Source: a virus
Lineage: Duplodnaviria; Caudoviricetes
Direction: 5' to 3' (one strand)
DNA: 64,000 nt
IMG/VR virus record: IMGVR_UViG_3300021255_000083
Span: 128,001-192,000 of that record
Under the pieces are notes generated by a model. It made no database searches, was not told where the DNA came from, and worked only from the letters and a program-made list of their open reading frames with translations. Shown here piece after piece: positions 42,002 through 53,205 of this stretch (position 1 is the stretch's first letter; each line of letters opens with the position of its first letter). A program made the position numbers and the translations under genes.

Positions 42002-42484
42002 TTAAATACTTTCTAAAGCATTTTGTAATTGATATGTCACTTCTTCATAAGCTATCCATACAATCCAGTTTTTAGCTGTATCACAATTTAATATTATTTC
42101 TGTAGTATTAACGTGTGCTTTTAAACTATCTAAAAAGAAATCTGGGTCATAACTATCTATTAAATCGTAAATATCATCTGCATACTCATTAAATGCTGCT
42201 ACAGTATCACTATAATATACTAAACTACCAACTGTTCCTGAAACACATCCGTGTTCTAATATTTCATTACATCTTGCCAATATTTTATCTTTTTCAGTCT
42301 CCCCATCATAGCTATCGCTATCCTTTATAATATCATCTATAACAAATTCATAAAACTTACTAACAGATTTTAATTCTTCAAGTTTTTCTTGAAATTCATC
42401 AGTATCTTCATCTTGCATTTCATCAAAATCATCTTCAGCTTCCTTAATTATAGCTTCTTCTAATTCTTCATAATTATCATTCAT
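42002..42484 (-). CDS. hypothetical acidic protein
   Basis: GCVSG.V..LVYYSDT motif; own SigA-like promoter. Confidence 0.65.
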   Translation of the reverse strand: MNDNYEELEEAIIKEAEDDFDEMQDEDTDEFQEKLEELKSVSKFYEFVIDDIIKDSDSYDGETEKDKILARCNEILEHGCVSGTVGSLVYYSDTVAAFNEYADDIYDLIDSYDPDFFLDSLKAHVNTTEIILNCDTAKNWIVWIAYEEVTYQLQNALESI

Positions 42485-42537
42485 AATAATTACCTCCATC
42501 TAAAATTATACCACTATTTTTAAAACTTGTAAATATA

Positions 42538-43221
42538 TTATAAACTTAAATCTGCACTTTTTAGTTCATAGTATCTGTCTTTTAAGTCACCTAATATATT
42601 CATATTTCTTAATTCTTTAAAAACTAAGTTTCCAACAGATGCTTCACCATCTTCTGCTAAACCTAACTTACGCATCATATAAATCTCATTTATAAAATCT
42701 AGTATACCTTGTTCGTCAGTTCCAGCTATTAAATTAGAAGCATTTTCCAACCAAGTATTTAATGTGTCAGTAATGTCTGGAATTTCATATGTAATAGGTT
42801 TTGGAAACATTACCCATTCATTTTTTAATATTGAAAATCTACCATTAGTTGCATTACCATCTTTAACATCTTCTATATATAATTCTACTGGAATACCATC
42901 TATTGATAAATCATAATTATCATTAAATGAACCCTTTTTAGAGTTATAAAATAATCTTAATATCTCCTTATCCACATAGTTAACTTCACTGTTAACTATA
43001 ACGTGTAAGTCTATATCACTATTTTCATTATAGTTATAGCTAGCATTTGAACCAACTATTTCTACATCAACTATGTTAAGTGGTATATCTATAAATCTAA
43101 TAAATTCTTCATATATATCTACCATTTTATCATATACTTCAGGTCTTAGATTATTATTTTCATCCCATAGTTTTGGATTTAATATATCGTGAACTTCAAT
43201 AGCTTCTTGCAATTTAGTCAT
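42538..43221 (-). CDS. nucleotidyltransferase (Pol-beta superfamily)
   Basis: GSNASYNY...SDIDLH, VELYIED, NLVFKELR. Confidence 0.8.
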   Translation of the reverse strand: MTKLQEAIEVHDILNPKLWDENNNLRPEVYDKMVDIYEEFIRFIDIPLNIVDVEIVGSNASYNYNENSDIDLHVIVNSEVNYVDKEILRLFYNSKKGSFNDNYDLSIDGIPVELYIEDVKDGNATNGRFSILKNEWVMFPKPITYEIPDITDTLNTWLENASNLIAGTDEQGILDFINEIYMMRKLGLAEDGEASVGNLVFKELRNMNILGDLKDRYYELKSADLSL

Positions 43222-43245
43222 TTAACTTACCTCCGGTTTATTATT

Positions 43246-43500
43246 TTATTTTCTTTTATTTCTTTTTACTGTAACAGGTGTTTCTTCTTCGGTTACAGTA
43301 TTTATTGGTTCTTGAACAGGTACAAATTTATCATATATAAATGACTTTGCTACACCTGATGATACATATGCAGCAATCGTATTAAGTGCCCCCTTTGATA
43401 AATTGTCCATAGGAAAATCCTTTATTAGTTTTGCTTTAATAACCACATCCTCAACTGTTATATTATTATTTGATAAATTAATAACTCTAAGTATTTTCAT
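43246..43500 (-). CDS. hypothetical protein
   Basis: ORF coupled to upstream gene. Confidence 0.55.
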   Translation of the reverse strand: MKILRVINLSNNNITVEDVVIKAKLIKDFPMDNLSKGALNTIAAYVSSGVAKSFIYDKFVPVQEPINTVTEEETPVTVKRNKRK

Positions 43501-44260
43501 TCTTTTTACCTCCTAAATCTACTCTTTTAATTAGTAACTCATTATTACTTATAAGTTCTAAATCATTTTTATTTAAATTATCAAGTCCATAGCTAAATGT
43601 TAAATTAGGTTTTATTGCAACCTTATTTTGCCAATTAGCTCTCCATAAATAAGCATCATCGGTATAAAATGTTAAATCTTGTCTAAAATATGTTCCTCTA
43701 TTTTGTTGATTTGCTATATCACTATTATCTTCTATTCCACTATTAAAATAAATATTGAACTTATGTGCTATGTTTAAACCGTGTCCAACATATACCATTA
43801 ATGATGGTCTTAAATGATAATAGAATAACAACTCTCTTATAATAGCATCATTTGTAACTCTATCCTCTGTCCAAACACTTAAACGATAATTAATTGTTAT
43901 TGGTATTACTTGTGCTCTTATTTCAACAGGTAAATTATCAGGTCCTCGTCTTACATAAACTTCTTCACCTATAAATGTTTGAAATCCTTGTCTGTCAAGA
44001 TTTAATTGCCAATCCAATCTTTCTAAACTGATAAAAGGCATTATAATTTGGTCATCATTCATTTGACCAAGTATACTAAACATTTGGTCAGCGGGTCCTA
44101 TCTGAACTGTATCATTGACTTTACTATCCTTGATTTCAGGATTACTAAAACGAGCTTTAAAATCTTCTACTATTGCTCTATCATAAGCATATACTGAAAC
44201 ATCTTGCTCGTGTATTGGTTGTTCTACTTGATTTCTATTGATATTTTCTTTAGACATCAT
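43487..44260 (-). CDS. tail terminator / sheath stabiliser-like protein
   Basis: MPFISLER, PITINYRLSVW motifs; virion operon context. Confidence 0.55.
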   Translation of the reverse strand: MMSKENINRNQVEQPIHEQDVSVYAYDRAIVEDFKARFSNPEIKDSKVNDTVQIGPADQMFSILGQMNDDQIIMPFISLERLDWQLNLDRQGFQTFIGEEVYVRRGPDNLPVEIRAQVIPITINYRLSVWTEDRVTNDAIIRELLFYYHLRPSLMVYVGHGLNIAHKFNIYFNSGIEDNSDIANQQNRGTYFRQDLTFYTDDAYLWRANWQNKVAIKPNLTFSYGLDNLNKNDLELISNNELLIKRVDLGGKKNENT

Positions 44261-44276
44261 CTACCTCCATCCTAGT

Positions 44277-44765
44277 TTATTTTGCTATAATTTTAGCACT
44301 TGACATACCTCCAAAATAACTAAAATTATAAAACTGCCATAATGTCATTAATTTATTATGATTAAAGTTATTCTCTATTTTTGTAAAAATACCTGTAGCT
44401 CTATTATTTATATCCCCATAATTAAGAAATCTTATAAATCTATCTATAGTGGTGGATGAATTAGGTATTAATACTGTTTGGTCTATTTCAATCTTCCATA
44501 AATTATCTTTATAAGGTACAGCTCTAAAACTGTCTGCTATAGCTTGCATTAAATCTTGTACCGAAGTATCATATTTTTTAGAACCATACCAATTTATCCA
44601 CTGTGCTTCTTCAATCATATATTTTAATCTTAAACCAATTTTCTTTCGATTTATTTTTGTATTTATAGTTTCTAATATTCTTTGTATAATAAACTTACCA
44701 AAATCTGCCATAATATCTTTATCTTCTTCATCAATATTAGTAAACTGATATTGTAATATCATCAT
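44277..44765 (-). CDS. hypothetical virion protein
   Basis: ORF in neck operon. Confidence 0.55.
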   Translation of the reverse strand: MMILQYQFTNIDEEDKDIMADFGKFIIQRILETINTKINRKKIGLRLKYMIEEAQWINWYGSKKYDTSVQDLMQAIADSFRAVPYKDNLWKIEIDQTVLIPNSSTTIDRFIRFLNYGDINNRATGIFTKIENNFNHNKLMTLWQFYNFSYFGGMSSAKIIAK

Positions 44766-44771
44766 AGGCTA

Positions 44772-45377
44772 TCAACCACTATATGGACTTTGTTTATCAT
44801 TTATTATAGAATATTTATTTTCCCACTCTTTATGTTGTTTTGGTGTATTATCTATATCGTGTTCGCCTGTTATATACACATAAGGTTGGTCTTTTGAAGT
44901 ACGTTTACTTTCTTTTTGATTTAGTTTCTCAGTATTAACTAAAGTATATTGATTTTTCTGTTTATATTGGTCAAATACAGGTACTATTGCACAAGTATAT
45001 GCATCAGGAAACTCTAAATCACTTACTATTTTTGTTACTTTAAATACTCTTGGTCTTGGTGTACCGTCTACACTTTCTATTGTCATTCTAGCCCCTACAG
45101 TTAATTTAGGTGTATTATATGGTACATTTACTACTATTGGTTGTTGTGTATTTAACTCAGATGTCCAGCCTAATGTATTCAAAGTATCTACAGATGGATT
45201 TTCATCAAATAATACATCAAGTCTTATTGGCATTGATAATTTACTATTATCTTCACTGTGTATTGTCATTATTTTTTCAACTACATACTGATAACCAACA
45301 GATTGACCTATAAGTTTTACCATTTCACTAAAATATTGTCTAAATATTTTAGTATCTTGGCGTGTTAAAAGTCCCAT
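44772..45377 (-). CDS. head-closure/neck-like protein
   Basis: EMVKLIGQSV.Y...LGW pattern, context. Confidence 0.5.
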   Translation of the reverse strand: MGLLTRQDTKIFRQYFSEMVKLIGQSVGYQYVVEKIMTIHSEDNSKLSMPIRLDVLFDENPSVDTLNTLGWTSELNTQQPIVVNVPYNTPKLTVGARMTIESVDGTPRPRVFKVTKIVSDLEFPDAYTCAIVPVFDQYKQKNQYTLVNTEKLNQKESKRTSKDQPYVYITGEHDIDNTPKQHKEWENKYSIINDKQSPYSG

Positions 45378-45396
45378 ATAGTTTACTCCTTCCTTT

Positions 45397-45774
45397 CTAT
45401 TCTATGTCAAGTAAGACTTTTGCTATACTATAATCATTATATAATCCTACAACTTTTCCTATACTTCTAACATCAAAAATTCTTGTATCATCATTAGCAT
45501 ATCTTATAGCTTTTGCCTTACCTGCCACGTCACTTGTAGTTAATTTATCACCAACACAAATAAGTCCTGTGACATTAACATCTACCATACCACCATTTAT
45601 TACTTCTATTGTTTTATCAGATATTGACTTACATATACCTAATACTAATTTATCTTGCTTTTTATAATGTTTTGTACAACTTCTAGTTACTAGAGATGTT
45701 TCTGGGATTATTGAAACTAAGTCACCCACACTAAATGGCTCATTTTCATTATATTTATTATAAGTTTTAGTCAT
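45397..45774 (-). CDS. virion beta-rich protein, paralog of 52655-53192
   Basis: GDKLTTS..GKAKAI...RSIGKV...AKVLLDIE. Confidence 0.6.
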   Translation of the reverse strand: MTKTYNKYNENEPFSVGDLVSIIPETSLVTRSCTKHYKKQDKLVLGICKSISDKTIEVINGGMVDVNVTGLICVGDKLTTSDVAGKAKAIRYANDDTRIFDVRSIGKVVGLYNDYSIAKVLLDIE

Positions 45775-45792
45775 TGATAAATCACCTCTACT

Positions 45793-46107
45793 TTATATAC
45801 AGCTATTAAGGTCATAAATATGTAATATAGTTTCATTAAATATTGCTTCTATATTTTTTCCATATCGATATATAGGACACTTTATATTACTTGAATATCC
45901 CATAAATTCAAATCCTAAATCTGTTAAGTCTGCTTCTGTTAATTGTCCTAATGATGTATATTCTAGGTCTTGAGTATTTACAAGTTTAAATTTTATATTA
46001 GTTGCATCCTCTAATTGTTTAACAACAACAGCAATATCAAATACAACATCTGCATTTTTTCTTTCTTCAGCCATTAATGCTACCCCCTCTATTATTATTT
46101 TACTCAT
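45793..46107 (-). CDS. hypothetical protein
   Basis: ORF in virion operon. Confidence 0.5.
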   Translation of the reverse strand: MSKIIIEGVALMAEERKNADVVFDIAVVVKQLEDATNIKFKLVNTQDLEYTSLGQLTEADLTDLGFEFMGYSSNIKCPIYRYGKNIEAIFNETILHIYDLNSCI

Positions 46108-46121
46108 AAATTTTAATATGA

Positions 46122-46640
46122 TTAATCTAAAATATTATCTATCAAAGTCCTAATCGCATCATATTCTTCATCAGTAATTGTTTTAGCAGTTCCATCTATA
46201 CCTAAAATAGTTTCTCCCTCAACAATCTTATCTGGTGTTAAACCAATACAAGCAGCTAAATCACTATATGACATTTTGAAATTTATATTACTATTATTGT
46301 TAAGTACTATTTTAAAATCTAATGTATAACTACCAGTAGCTTGTTTATTAGTATCATTTAAAGTGAGTGAATTTAATTCAGCTTGTATAGAATTATATTG
46401 AGGTAGCGTACCAATTATTCTATTATTATCATTATACGCTACTTTACCTTGTAATATATCCGATGCCGTAGCTGTGGCATCAGATTGGTCAGATGCTATT
46501 TCCAAATTATTTATCATATTAGCATACTCACGAAATGAACTATCTTCAGTCACACTAACACCTTTATTTATTATTGCTTGTTTAATTAATGATTTTGTTG
46601 TAGTTAGATAATCTAACTTTGTATCCATTTTTGATGCCAT
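46122..46640 (-). CDS. tail-fibre-like protein (SDATATASDI family)
   Basis: TK..IKQAIINKGV...FREYA..I and SDATATASDILQGK.AY motifs. Confidence 0.65.
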   Translation of the reverse strand: MASKMDTKLDYLTTTKSLIKQAIINKGVSVTEDSSFREYANMINNLEIASDQSDATATASDILQGKVAYNDNNRIIGTLPQYNSIQAELNSLTLNDTNKQATGSYTLDFKIVLNNNSNINFKMSYSDLAACIGLTPDKIVEGETILGIDGTAKTITDEEYDAIRTLIDNILD

Positions 46641-46690
46641 TATATATTACTCCTTTTACATTATTTTACCTATTAATATTTTACAAAAAT

Positions 46691-46715
46691 AAAAAAGAGG
46701 CTTATATGCCTCTTT
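46691..46715 (-). terminator. intrinsic terminator
   Basis: AAAGAGGC-ttatat-GCCTCTTT. Confidence 0.65.
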
Positions 46716-46721
46716 GAATGT

Positions 46722-47045
46722 TTATTCTCCAACATTATCTCCTATAATCTCACTTGCTATTTCTTGAGCTTCTGTAATAGTTCCACCAACTTCAGGTATT
46801 TCACTTTCTGTCACACTAAATGTACCTGTTACTTTAACACCATTAATGTAAGCTGTCTTTCCTTCCATTATATCATTTGCAGTTGCTGTTGCATCTGAGG
46901 TATTTGTCAGTGTACCAATAAGTGTAGCATAATCTCTAAAAGTTGCATTAGCTGGTACTGTTACACCTTTATTTACTAATGCTTGCTTTATTGCATTTTT
47001 TGTTGCAATAAGATAATTTAATTTATCTGCTGTTGTATTAGCCAT
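46722..47045 (-). CDS. tail-fibre-like protein (SDATATANDI family)
   Basis: paralog of 46122-46640. Confidence 0.65.
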   Translation of the reverse strand: MANTTADKLNYLIATKNAIKQALVNKGVTVPANATFRDYATLIGTLTNTSDATATANDIMEGKTAYINGVKVTGTFSVTESEIPEVGGTITEAQEIASEIIGDNVGE

Positions 47046-47048
47046 ATG

Positions 47049-47393
47049 CTACACCACCTCTCCATTTATACTATCTAATATTGTATTTATATTTCCAATT
47101 TTTGTATCAACATAATCTATTGTCGCTCCAGTTATATTTACCCATACTACTGCATTATTCTCCATTTTAGCTTTAAATAAAGTATCTGTAGATGTTTCAT
47201 AATATAATTTTGAAATTACAGGTGTAGATATATTAGTTTTATCTGCCACTATTACAATATCAGATACTTTATTTCTATTATTACCAACATCTAAATATAC
47301 TTCAGCTGTATCTTTTGTATATATTAATTGTCCATCTACTTTTGGTACACTAGCTAAATTGCTTGAATTACATCTACTAAATTTAACTTTCAT
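47049..47393 (-). CDS. tail-fibre-associated protein
   Basis: DGQLIYTKDT.EVYLD motif. Confidence 0.55.
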   Translation of the reverse strand: MKVKFSRCNSSNLASVPKVDGQLIYTKDTAEVYLDVGNNRNKVSDIVIVADKTNISTPVISKLYYETSTDTLFKAKMENNAVVWVNITGATIDYVDTKIGNINTILDSINGEVV

Positions 47394-48060
47394 TTTTATT
47401 ATTTCTCCTCTCTTCTAATATTTGTTTTGCTTCTATATCCCATATTTCTCTATCTCTAGCAAGACAAGCAGCTAATTTTGTATAATAAGGTTGTCTATAA
47501 GCTTGTTCTATAGATTTACATCCTATTTCATCTAAATATCCTTTAAACCACATAGTATTCCTTCTTAAATTAACTCCATTCTGCAATATAGAAACATTAT
47601 CTTTATGTTGTACTAAAGCCGGTCTATGAACTACGTGATTTATTTTCATATTTTGTAATACCCTATTTGTTAATGATGCCCAAGATTTATGAGCATTAGG
47701 ATTATATATTTTTGATATTCCATCAGCTAATACTTTAGCAATTCCTTTAGGATAATAAGTACATTGATTATAATCAAATCTATCTGTATAATGTGTTGTA
47801 AAGTATAATTCTGGTTTAGTAAAGAAATTTATTATATCATTTGGATATTGTACAATAACTTTTTCTATTTCTTCTTTAAAATTATCACATAATATAAGGT
47901 CATCTTCTAGTAATACTGCATTACTAGAAGAAATCTTATATAAAGCTTCAATAAAAGCTTTTACAGGCTTATTTATAGCATCTGTAATTGTTTCATATTC
48001 TAAATCATAATTAAATTTTCTTTCTCCAGTTGTTCTAACAAAATATTTTATTTCCATCAT
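47383..48060 (-). CDS. glycosyltransferase-like protein
   Basis: LLEDD (DxD-like), P.LVQH...S motif of GT-A fold. Confidence 0.55.
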   Translation of the reverse strand: MMEIKYFVRTTGERKFNYDLEYETITDAINKPVKAFIEALYKISSSNAVLLEDDLILCDNFKEEIEKVIVQYPNDIINFFTKPELYFTTHYTDRFDYNQCTYYPKGIAKVLADGISKIYNPNAHKSWASLTNRVLQNMKINHVVHRPALVQHKDNVSILQNGVNLRRNTMWFKGYLDEIGCKSIEQAYRQPYYTKLAACLARDREIWDIEAKQILEERRNNKNES

Positions 48061-48078
48061 CTACCTCCAATATGCTTA

Positions 48079-49416
48079 TTAACAAGCTTTTACTATTCTT
48101 ATATACGTACTAGGTATATTAAAAGTTAACACTTCACCTATATCACAACCAGTATATGTTAATAATTTAACTGTATTATCATTTATTAAAGGTATTACAG
48201 GAGCATTACTTGGATATGTAAATGTTAAATCTGTTGAACTATATCCCCCTAAATATGATAATAAACTTGTAAAACCACTAATATCAAAATTTATTTGTTT
48301 TGGATAACTACCTGATACTAATTCTATAAAATCACTTGATTGTAGTGTATTAGTATCTGTTGCAGGGTCCCAACTATATATTTTTAAATATGTTGTAGTA
48401 CCATTCATTACCAAACCTATACCACTATTGTTATATGGTTGACCTAAATTTACACAATCCATTAATTTTACTGTAAACAAATCTTCCCCCTCACTATCAT
48501 AAGCTAATTCTTGAGCTCGGGTTTCATAATCTGTAGCGTTAAGTAAAGCCTCTTGTAATGCTATCAGATTTATATGAATTTCATCTCCGGGTTCCAAATA
48601 TACTATACTAGAACTTGAATAAGTACCAGTAACTCCTAATATTTCTTTTCCCTCTCTTATCATATCTGAAGTTATATTTAATTCATTTACAATATCCGAA
48701 TATTGAACAACTGCTTGTAAAGGAGTTTTATCATTTACTACTACATTTGGTTTAAGAGAATTAAAAGGTACGTATTCCATATCAACTATTAATTCAGTAC
48801 CACTATTATCACTCATAGATTTTGTCTCTAAAGTTACAGATTGAGAATGACCTCTTTTATCTATTATATTACCATTTAACTTTACACCATCTACATAAGC
48901 TGTAGTATTTTCAACAATATCATTAGCTGTTGCAGTTGCATCACTTGTGTCAGTTCCAGATGCATCAAGTGTTCCTACTATACCTAATATTGTTTCATCT
49001 TTTTTAATTTTATCTGCTGTTAAACCAATATTTTCTGTAAATTGTGCATTATCTAGGTTTCCATATATTCGATTGAAATTTCCAATTACAATATCTGGAG
49101 TATCCTCACTTGTTTCATAACAAAGAATTGTTTTATAATCATCGCCAGAAGAATATGATATTTCTCCATCTATATCTGTAACGCTTGATTGTTCTCTTGC
49201 ATCAATTAAAGTACCCTCTATTTTAACACCATTTACATATGCTGATGTATTTTCTACTAAGTCACCTTCAGTGGCTGTAGCATCGCTTGTATCTACTCCT
49301 TCTTCTAAAGTTCCTGTAACATCAAATATTTGAATATCTTTTTTAATGTTTTCGGGTATTATTTTCTCTTCCTTTTCATCTAAAATATCTTGAGCTTTTT
49401 GTTTTAAAGTTGACAT
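48079..49416 (-). CDS. tail fibre protein with two SDATAT repeats
   Basis: DTSDATAT..D.VEN.AYV.G.K..G repeats. Confidence 0.65.
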   Translation of the reverse strand: MSTLKQKAQDILDEKEEKIIPENIKKDIQIFDVTGTLEEGVDTSDATATEGDLVENTSAYVNGVKIEGTLIDAREQSSVTDIDGEISYSSGDDYKTILCYETSEDTPDIVIGNFNRIYGNLDNAQFTENIGLTADKIKKDETILGIVGTLDASGTDTSDATATANDIVENTTAYVDGVKLNGNIIDKRGHSQSVTLETKSMSDNSGTELIVDMEYVPFNSLKPNVVVNDKTPLQAVVQYSDIVNELNITSDMIREGKEILGVTGTYSSSSIVYLEPGDEIHINLIALQEALLNATDYETRAQELAYDSEGEDLFTVKLMDCVNLGQPYNNSGIGLVMNGTTTYLKIYSWDPATDTNTLQSSDFIELVSGSYPKQINFDISGFTSLLSYLGGYSSTDLTFTYPSNAPVIPLINDNTVKLLTYTGCDIGEVLTFNIPSTYIRIVKAC

Positions 49417-49482
49417 TTAAAATTCTCCTTTCATTACATTTTATTTTTAGCTAAGGCTCTATATCTCAAGAGCCTTATTTAA

Positions 49483-52400
49483 TTAATTTCCTAGTATGTC
49501 ATCTAAGATTTCTTCCACTTCAGCCTCTGTACCACCTAAACCATCATATGTATCTGATTGACCATCAACTTGATTTAGTATATTCATTGTATCTTGATAT
49601 TCTTGTTCAGGTGTTGGAGATGGTGATATACCACCAACCTGTTCTGGTATACCTACAAGTTGTAAGTTACCTGCATTAACATCGGATTTAAAGCTTTCAT
49701 ATGTATCTGTTTCTGTATCATCAGCTGTAAACGCAACCAATACCTTAGCCATTAACATTACTCCATCATTTCTTGTAAATGTTACATAATTTTGATTTGT
49801 GTAATGACCATTTACTGTATAACTTCCACCTTGTTCATATGATTGTACTTGAACATTTAAATCATCGATTAAATTATTTATCTGAGTTTGCATACCATCT
49901 AATAGTGCTTTTAAATCAGTTTGATTTGCTAAACTACCTTTAATATGACCCCAAGCAGCATCTCCAGACTTATTAAACGAAATCACTTCTGCTGTCTCAT
50001 TTGTGGTATCAATACTTTGTACTCTACCCCATACTCCGTGTATATCAGTAACAATATCATTTAATTCTAATCCTTGTTTTGTTACTGCTACTATTTTACT
50101 AAATGGCACTGTTTGTGTTGTACCAATTATATCACTTAAACCATCTTGTTCATCGTCACCTATATAGATGAAATAATTAACATCAATATCTAAATTTGTT
50201 GCCAAATCTATTGTACCATCTTGTTGTCTTGTTGCAATTACGGTATTATCACTTGATATAATTCTGATACTTTCTGTCGTAGATGTTCCATTTACTGGAC
50301 TTACATATGTCTTAGTTAGTTTAACCAACTCATTATTTGCTATAGTATCGCTCACTAGTTCACCAATTACTTTATTATTAGTTGCTGAAGCAAATGTTTT
50401 TTCTGCTTTACTGTTAGCTAATGCTTCTACATTATCTTCTAATGTTTGAGCTAATTGGTCAATACTATCGGCATTATCTCTTATTGCTTGTGTATTATTT
50501 GCTATTCTTACAGCATTATCTGCTATTCTTGTAGATAAATTAGTATCTGCCGTTGTTCTATTAGTTATTTCATTATCAAGAGCTGTTTCTAAATCATCAA
50601 TATCTTGTTCAGCCCCAGCTAATCTTGTTTCGTGATTTGCTATTTGAGATGTGTGTGTTGCTAATGTTCTATCGTGATTTACATCGTGTTCTAGCAATGA
50701 AGCTATTGAACCATCGTGAGCATCTAATCTACTCTCAGCATTTGTCAATCTATCATTTTGCTGTGTGTTAATTGTATCAATATCTGTACTGTCTATTATC
50801 AAATGGTCTGCATCAGCCATTCTAGTTTTAATTAAACCTGTTGTACCAAAATGTACATAATCATATGTAGTATTTTTACTTCGTGTATTCTTATTTGTTA
50901 TTCTGATTGTAGGTTGGCTATCGTGTGTTGCAACATCTAATAATGTAACAATACTATCTGCAATATCTTTATCTATTTTTAAATCATCTTGTGCATCAAC
51001 ATATGCAGTTAAATCGGCTACTTCTGTATCTATTCTATCGTTTAGAGTGCTTACCTCTGTTGTTATTCTTGTATCTAAAGTATTTACCTCTGTGTCTATT
51101 CTAGTGTTTAATGTTGATACTTCTGTATCTATTCTATCATTAATACTATTTTCTTTAGTCGTTATGGTATTATTTAATGTTAGTACTTCGGCATCTATTC
51201 TATTATTTAACGTTGTTTGTGCATTAGTAAGTTTACTCTCAATATCTGTTTTATTATTAGCAACTACTTCTGTTAAATTATCTATCCTACCATCTAATCT
51301 ATTTACTTGTGCATCTACCTTACTGTCTAAAGTATTTATAGTAGTATTTAATGTCGCTACCTCATTATCAATTCTTGTATTTAATGTACCTACTTCTGTT
51401 GTTATTCTTGTGTCTAATGTATCTACCTCATTATCAATTCTGTCATTTAAATCAGAAACCTCTGTATCAATTCTACCGTTTAAAGTATTTACTTCATTAG
51501 TTATTCTAGTATTTAATGTTAATACTTCATTAGCTAATTCTTGTTCAGATACAACATCTATTTCTACTTCTTCCTCATCACTTGAACCATCTTCTAAAGA
51601 TACTTTATCTTCAACTAATGTTATATGACCTGTTTCAGAGTTATAATTAAATTGTATATCCCTTACAATTTTAGCTCCCTCACCTGCTACTAATTTATCA
51701 ACTTTTTGGTCAAGCTTTTCTTTAATTGTTTCAGTTTTTTGAGCATTATCATCATAATTAATATTACTTGCATCAATTTGTATATTTTTACCTACTTGGT
51801 CTGTAGCCGCAATACCATTAACAGTATCAACTGTTCTTAAATCATCTACAGGTATAACTGTTTGAGCTCCTGTATTTGTTGTAGCATATACTACTTTATG
51901 TTCTGTAGATTTTGTTAATTTAGTATCATTTCTTCTTTTTAACTCATCTACAGCTCCTTGTACTGTATCAGCATCTAATTCAGATGCTAAATTATTATAG
52001 AATATATCTTCAGCGTGTTTAGAAGCTAATATAACCCAATGATTTGCATCAAAGTCTCTTTCTGCTTCAAAATCCTCTACAGCTCTATATAATCTATTTT
52101 GGTAAAAACATAAATGGTCTTTATAATATTTTCTACCTGCTTCATAATCTGTTATTGTACAAGCTGCTCTTAAATTTAATAGTCTTACTCCAGTGGTATC
52201 TGATGACCAATATCCCTGTACCGAATTGTCCGATGATTTTATCAATACAATATCAGAAGTGTTTCTAGCTGTATCAATATCTTTTGATATTTTTGTTAAT
52301 TTACCAATTGCACCATCTTCACCTATTATATTTATATCTGATACTATATTATAATCTACATCTTCAAATACTCTAAGTGACATCTTTTTATCTAAAGCTT

Positions 52401-52662
52401 CTTGTAAAGCTTCATTATCAGAAACTTCTCCACTTAAATTTTCATATGTAATTAAATATACTAGTCCAAACTCTTCATATGGTAAGTCATTCCATTCTGT
52501 CTCACCATCACCCCTTTTAACTCTATGTGTATCATCTTCTACTGCATACTCACCTAGAGTTAATATTGGGTTATTCACAGCCCATTGGGTACTAGTATCG
52601 TGTCTCATAATAATTGTATAAAATTGTTTATCGTCCACTTTACATTTCCTCCTTCTACTCAA
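49483..52662 (-). CDS. long tail fibre protein (1059 aa)
   Basis: Mtd-N-like RHDT..W...NPIL..GE...KRGDG..WNDLPY; 11-aa coiled-coil repeats. Confidence 0.75.
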   Translation of the reverse strand: MSRRRKCKVDDKQFYTIIMRHDTSTQWAVNNPILTLGEYAVEDDTHRVKRGDGETEWNDLPYEEFGLVYLITYENLSGEVSDNEALQEALDKKMSLRVFEDVDYNIVSDINIIGEDGAIGKLTKISKDIDTARNTSDIVLIKSSDNSVQGYWSSDTTGVRLLNLRAACTITDYEAGRKYYKDHLCFYQNRLYRAVEDFEAERDFDANHWVILASKHAEDIFYNNLASELDADTVQGAVDELKRRNDTKLTKSTEHKVVYATTNTGAQTVIPVDDLRTVDTVNGIAATDQVGKNIQIDASNINYDDNAQKTETIKEKLDQKVDKLVAGEGAKIVRDIQFNYNSETGHITLVEDKVSLEDGSSDEEEVEIDVVSEQELANEVLTLNTRITNEVNTLNGRIDTEVSDLNDRIDNEVDTLDTRITTEVGTLNTRIDNEVATLNTTINTLDSKVDAQVNRLDGRIDNLTEVVANNKTDIESKLTNAQTTLNNRIDAEVLTLNNTITTKENSINDRIDTEVSTLNTRIDTEVNTLDTRITTEVSTLNDRIDTEVADLTAYVDAQDDLKIDKDIADSIVTLLDVATHDSQPTIRITNKNTRSKNTTYDYVHFGTTGLIKTRMADADHLIIDSTDIDTINTQQNDRLTNAESRLDAHDGSIASLLEHDVNHDRTLATHTSQIANHETRLAGAEQDIDDLETALDNEITNRTTADTNLSTRIADNAVRIANNTQAIRDNADSIDQLAQTLEDNVEALANSKAEKTFASATNNKVIGELVSDTIANNELVKLTKTYVSPVNGTSTTESIRIISSDNTVIATRQQDGTIDLATNLDIDVNYFIYIGDDEQDGLSDIIGTTQTVPFSKIVAVTKQGLELNDIVTDIHGVWGRVQSIDTTNETAEVISFNKSGDAAWGHIKGSLANQTDLKALLDGMQTQINNLIDDLNVQVQSYEQGGSYTVNGHYTNQNYVTFTRNDGVMLMAKVLVAFTADDTETDTYESFKSDVNAGNLQLVGIPEQVGGISPSPTPEQEYQDTMNILNQVDGQSDTYDGLGGTEAEVEEILDDILGN
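51010..51540 (-). repeat. 33-nt (11-aa) coiled-coil repeats in tail fibre
   Basis: TLNTRI(D/T)(T/N)EV repeated about a dozen times. Confidence 0.8.
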
Positions 52663-53192
52663 TATCTAGTAAGACCTTAGCTTGGTCTTTACTTATAAAT
52701 TTTATCACTTTACCGATTGAACGGGATTTAAAATAATCGTTATCAATATAATCTATTGCTTTTGCCCTACCAGCGTGTTCACTAATTGTTAATCTATCTC
52801 CTAATTGTATAAATCCACATATATTAACTGGAACTTCTCCTCCATATGCTATTTGTACAAGTTCTCTCATATTTTGTTCTGATGTACCACCTTCAATTAT
52901 TATATATTCTGGTTTATCTTCAGAAGTACCACAATCTATTTCTTCAAATTCACCAGTACTTGCTCTACCACCATCTATTACTATAGGTACTTTTGAATAA
53001 TTATCTGAAAATGTTACAACTCCTAATATAAGTCTTGCGTTTAGTATAAATTCACCGTGGGTCATTCGCAACAGCTTTTGTTACTGTATTTGTTGCTGGG
53101 TCTAACATTACTATATCTCCAACTTCTATAATTTCATCTACGTCCAATTTATGATAAACAGCTAAATTTTTGCATACATCATCTCTAATCAT
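52655..53192 (-). CDS. virion protein (~178 aa), rebuilt through CGGT at 53054-53057
   Basis: GGAGG + ATG 53192; 45 codons to ...ANDP, CGGT=G, then EFILNAR; restored N-term VGDIV matches paralog VGDLV. Confidence 0.75.
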
Positions 53193-53205
53193 AATTTAGA
53201 CCTCC

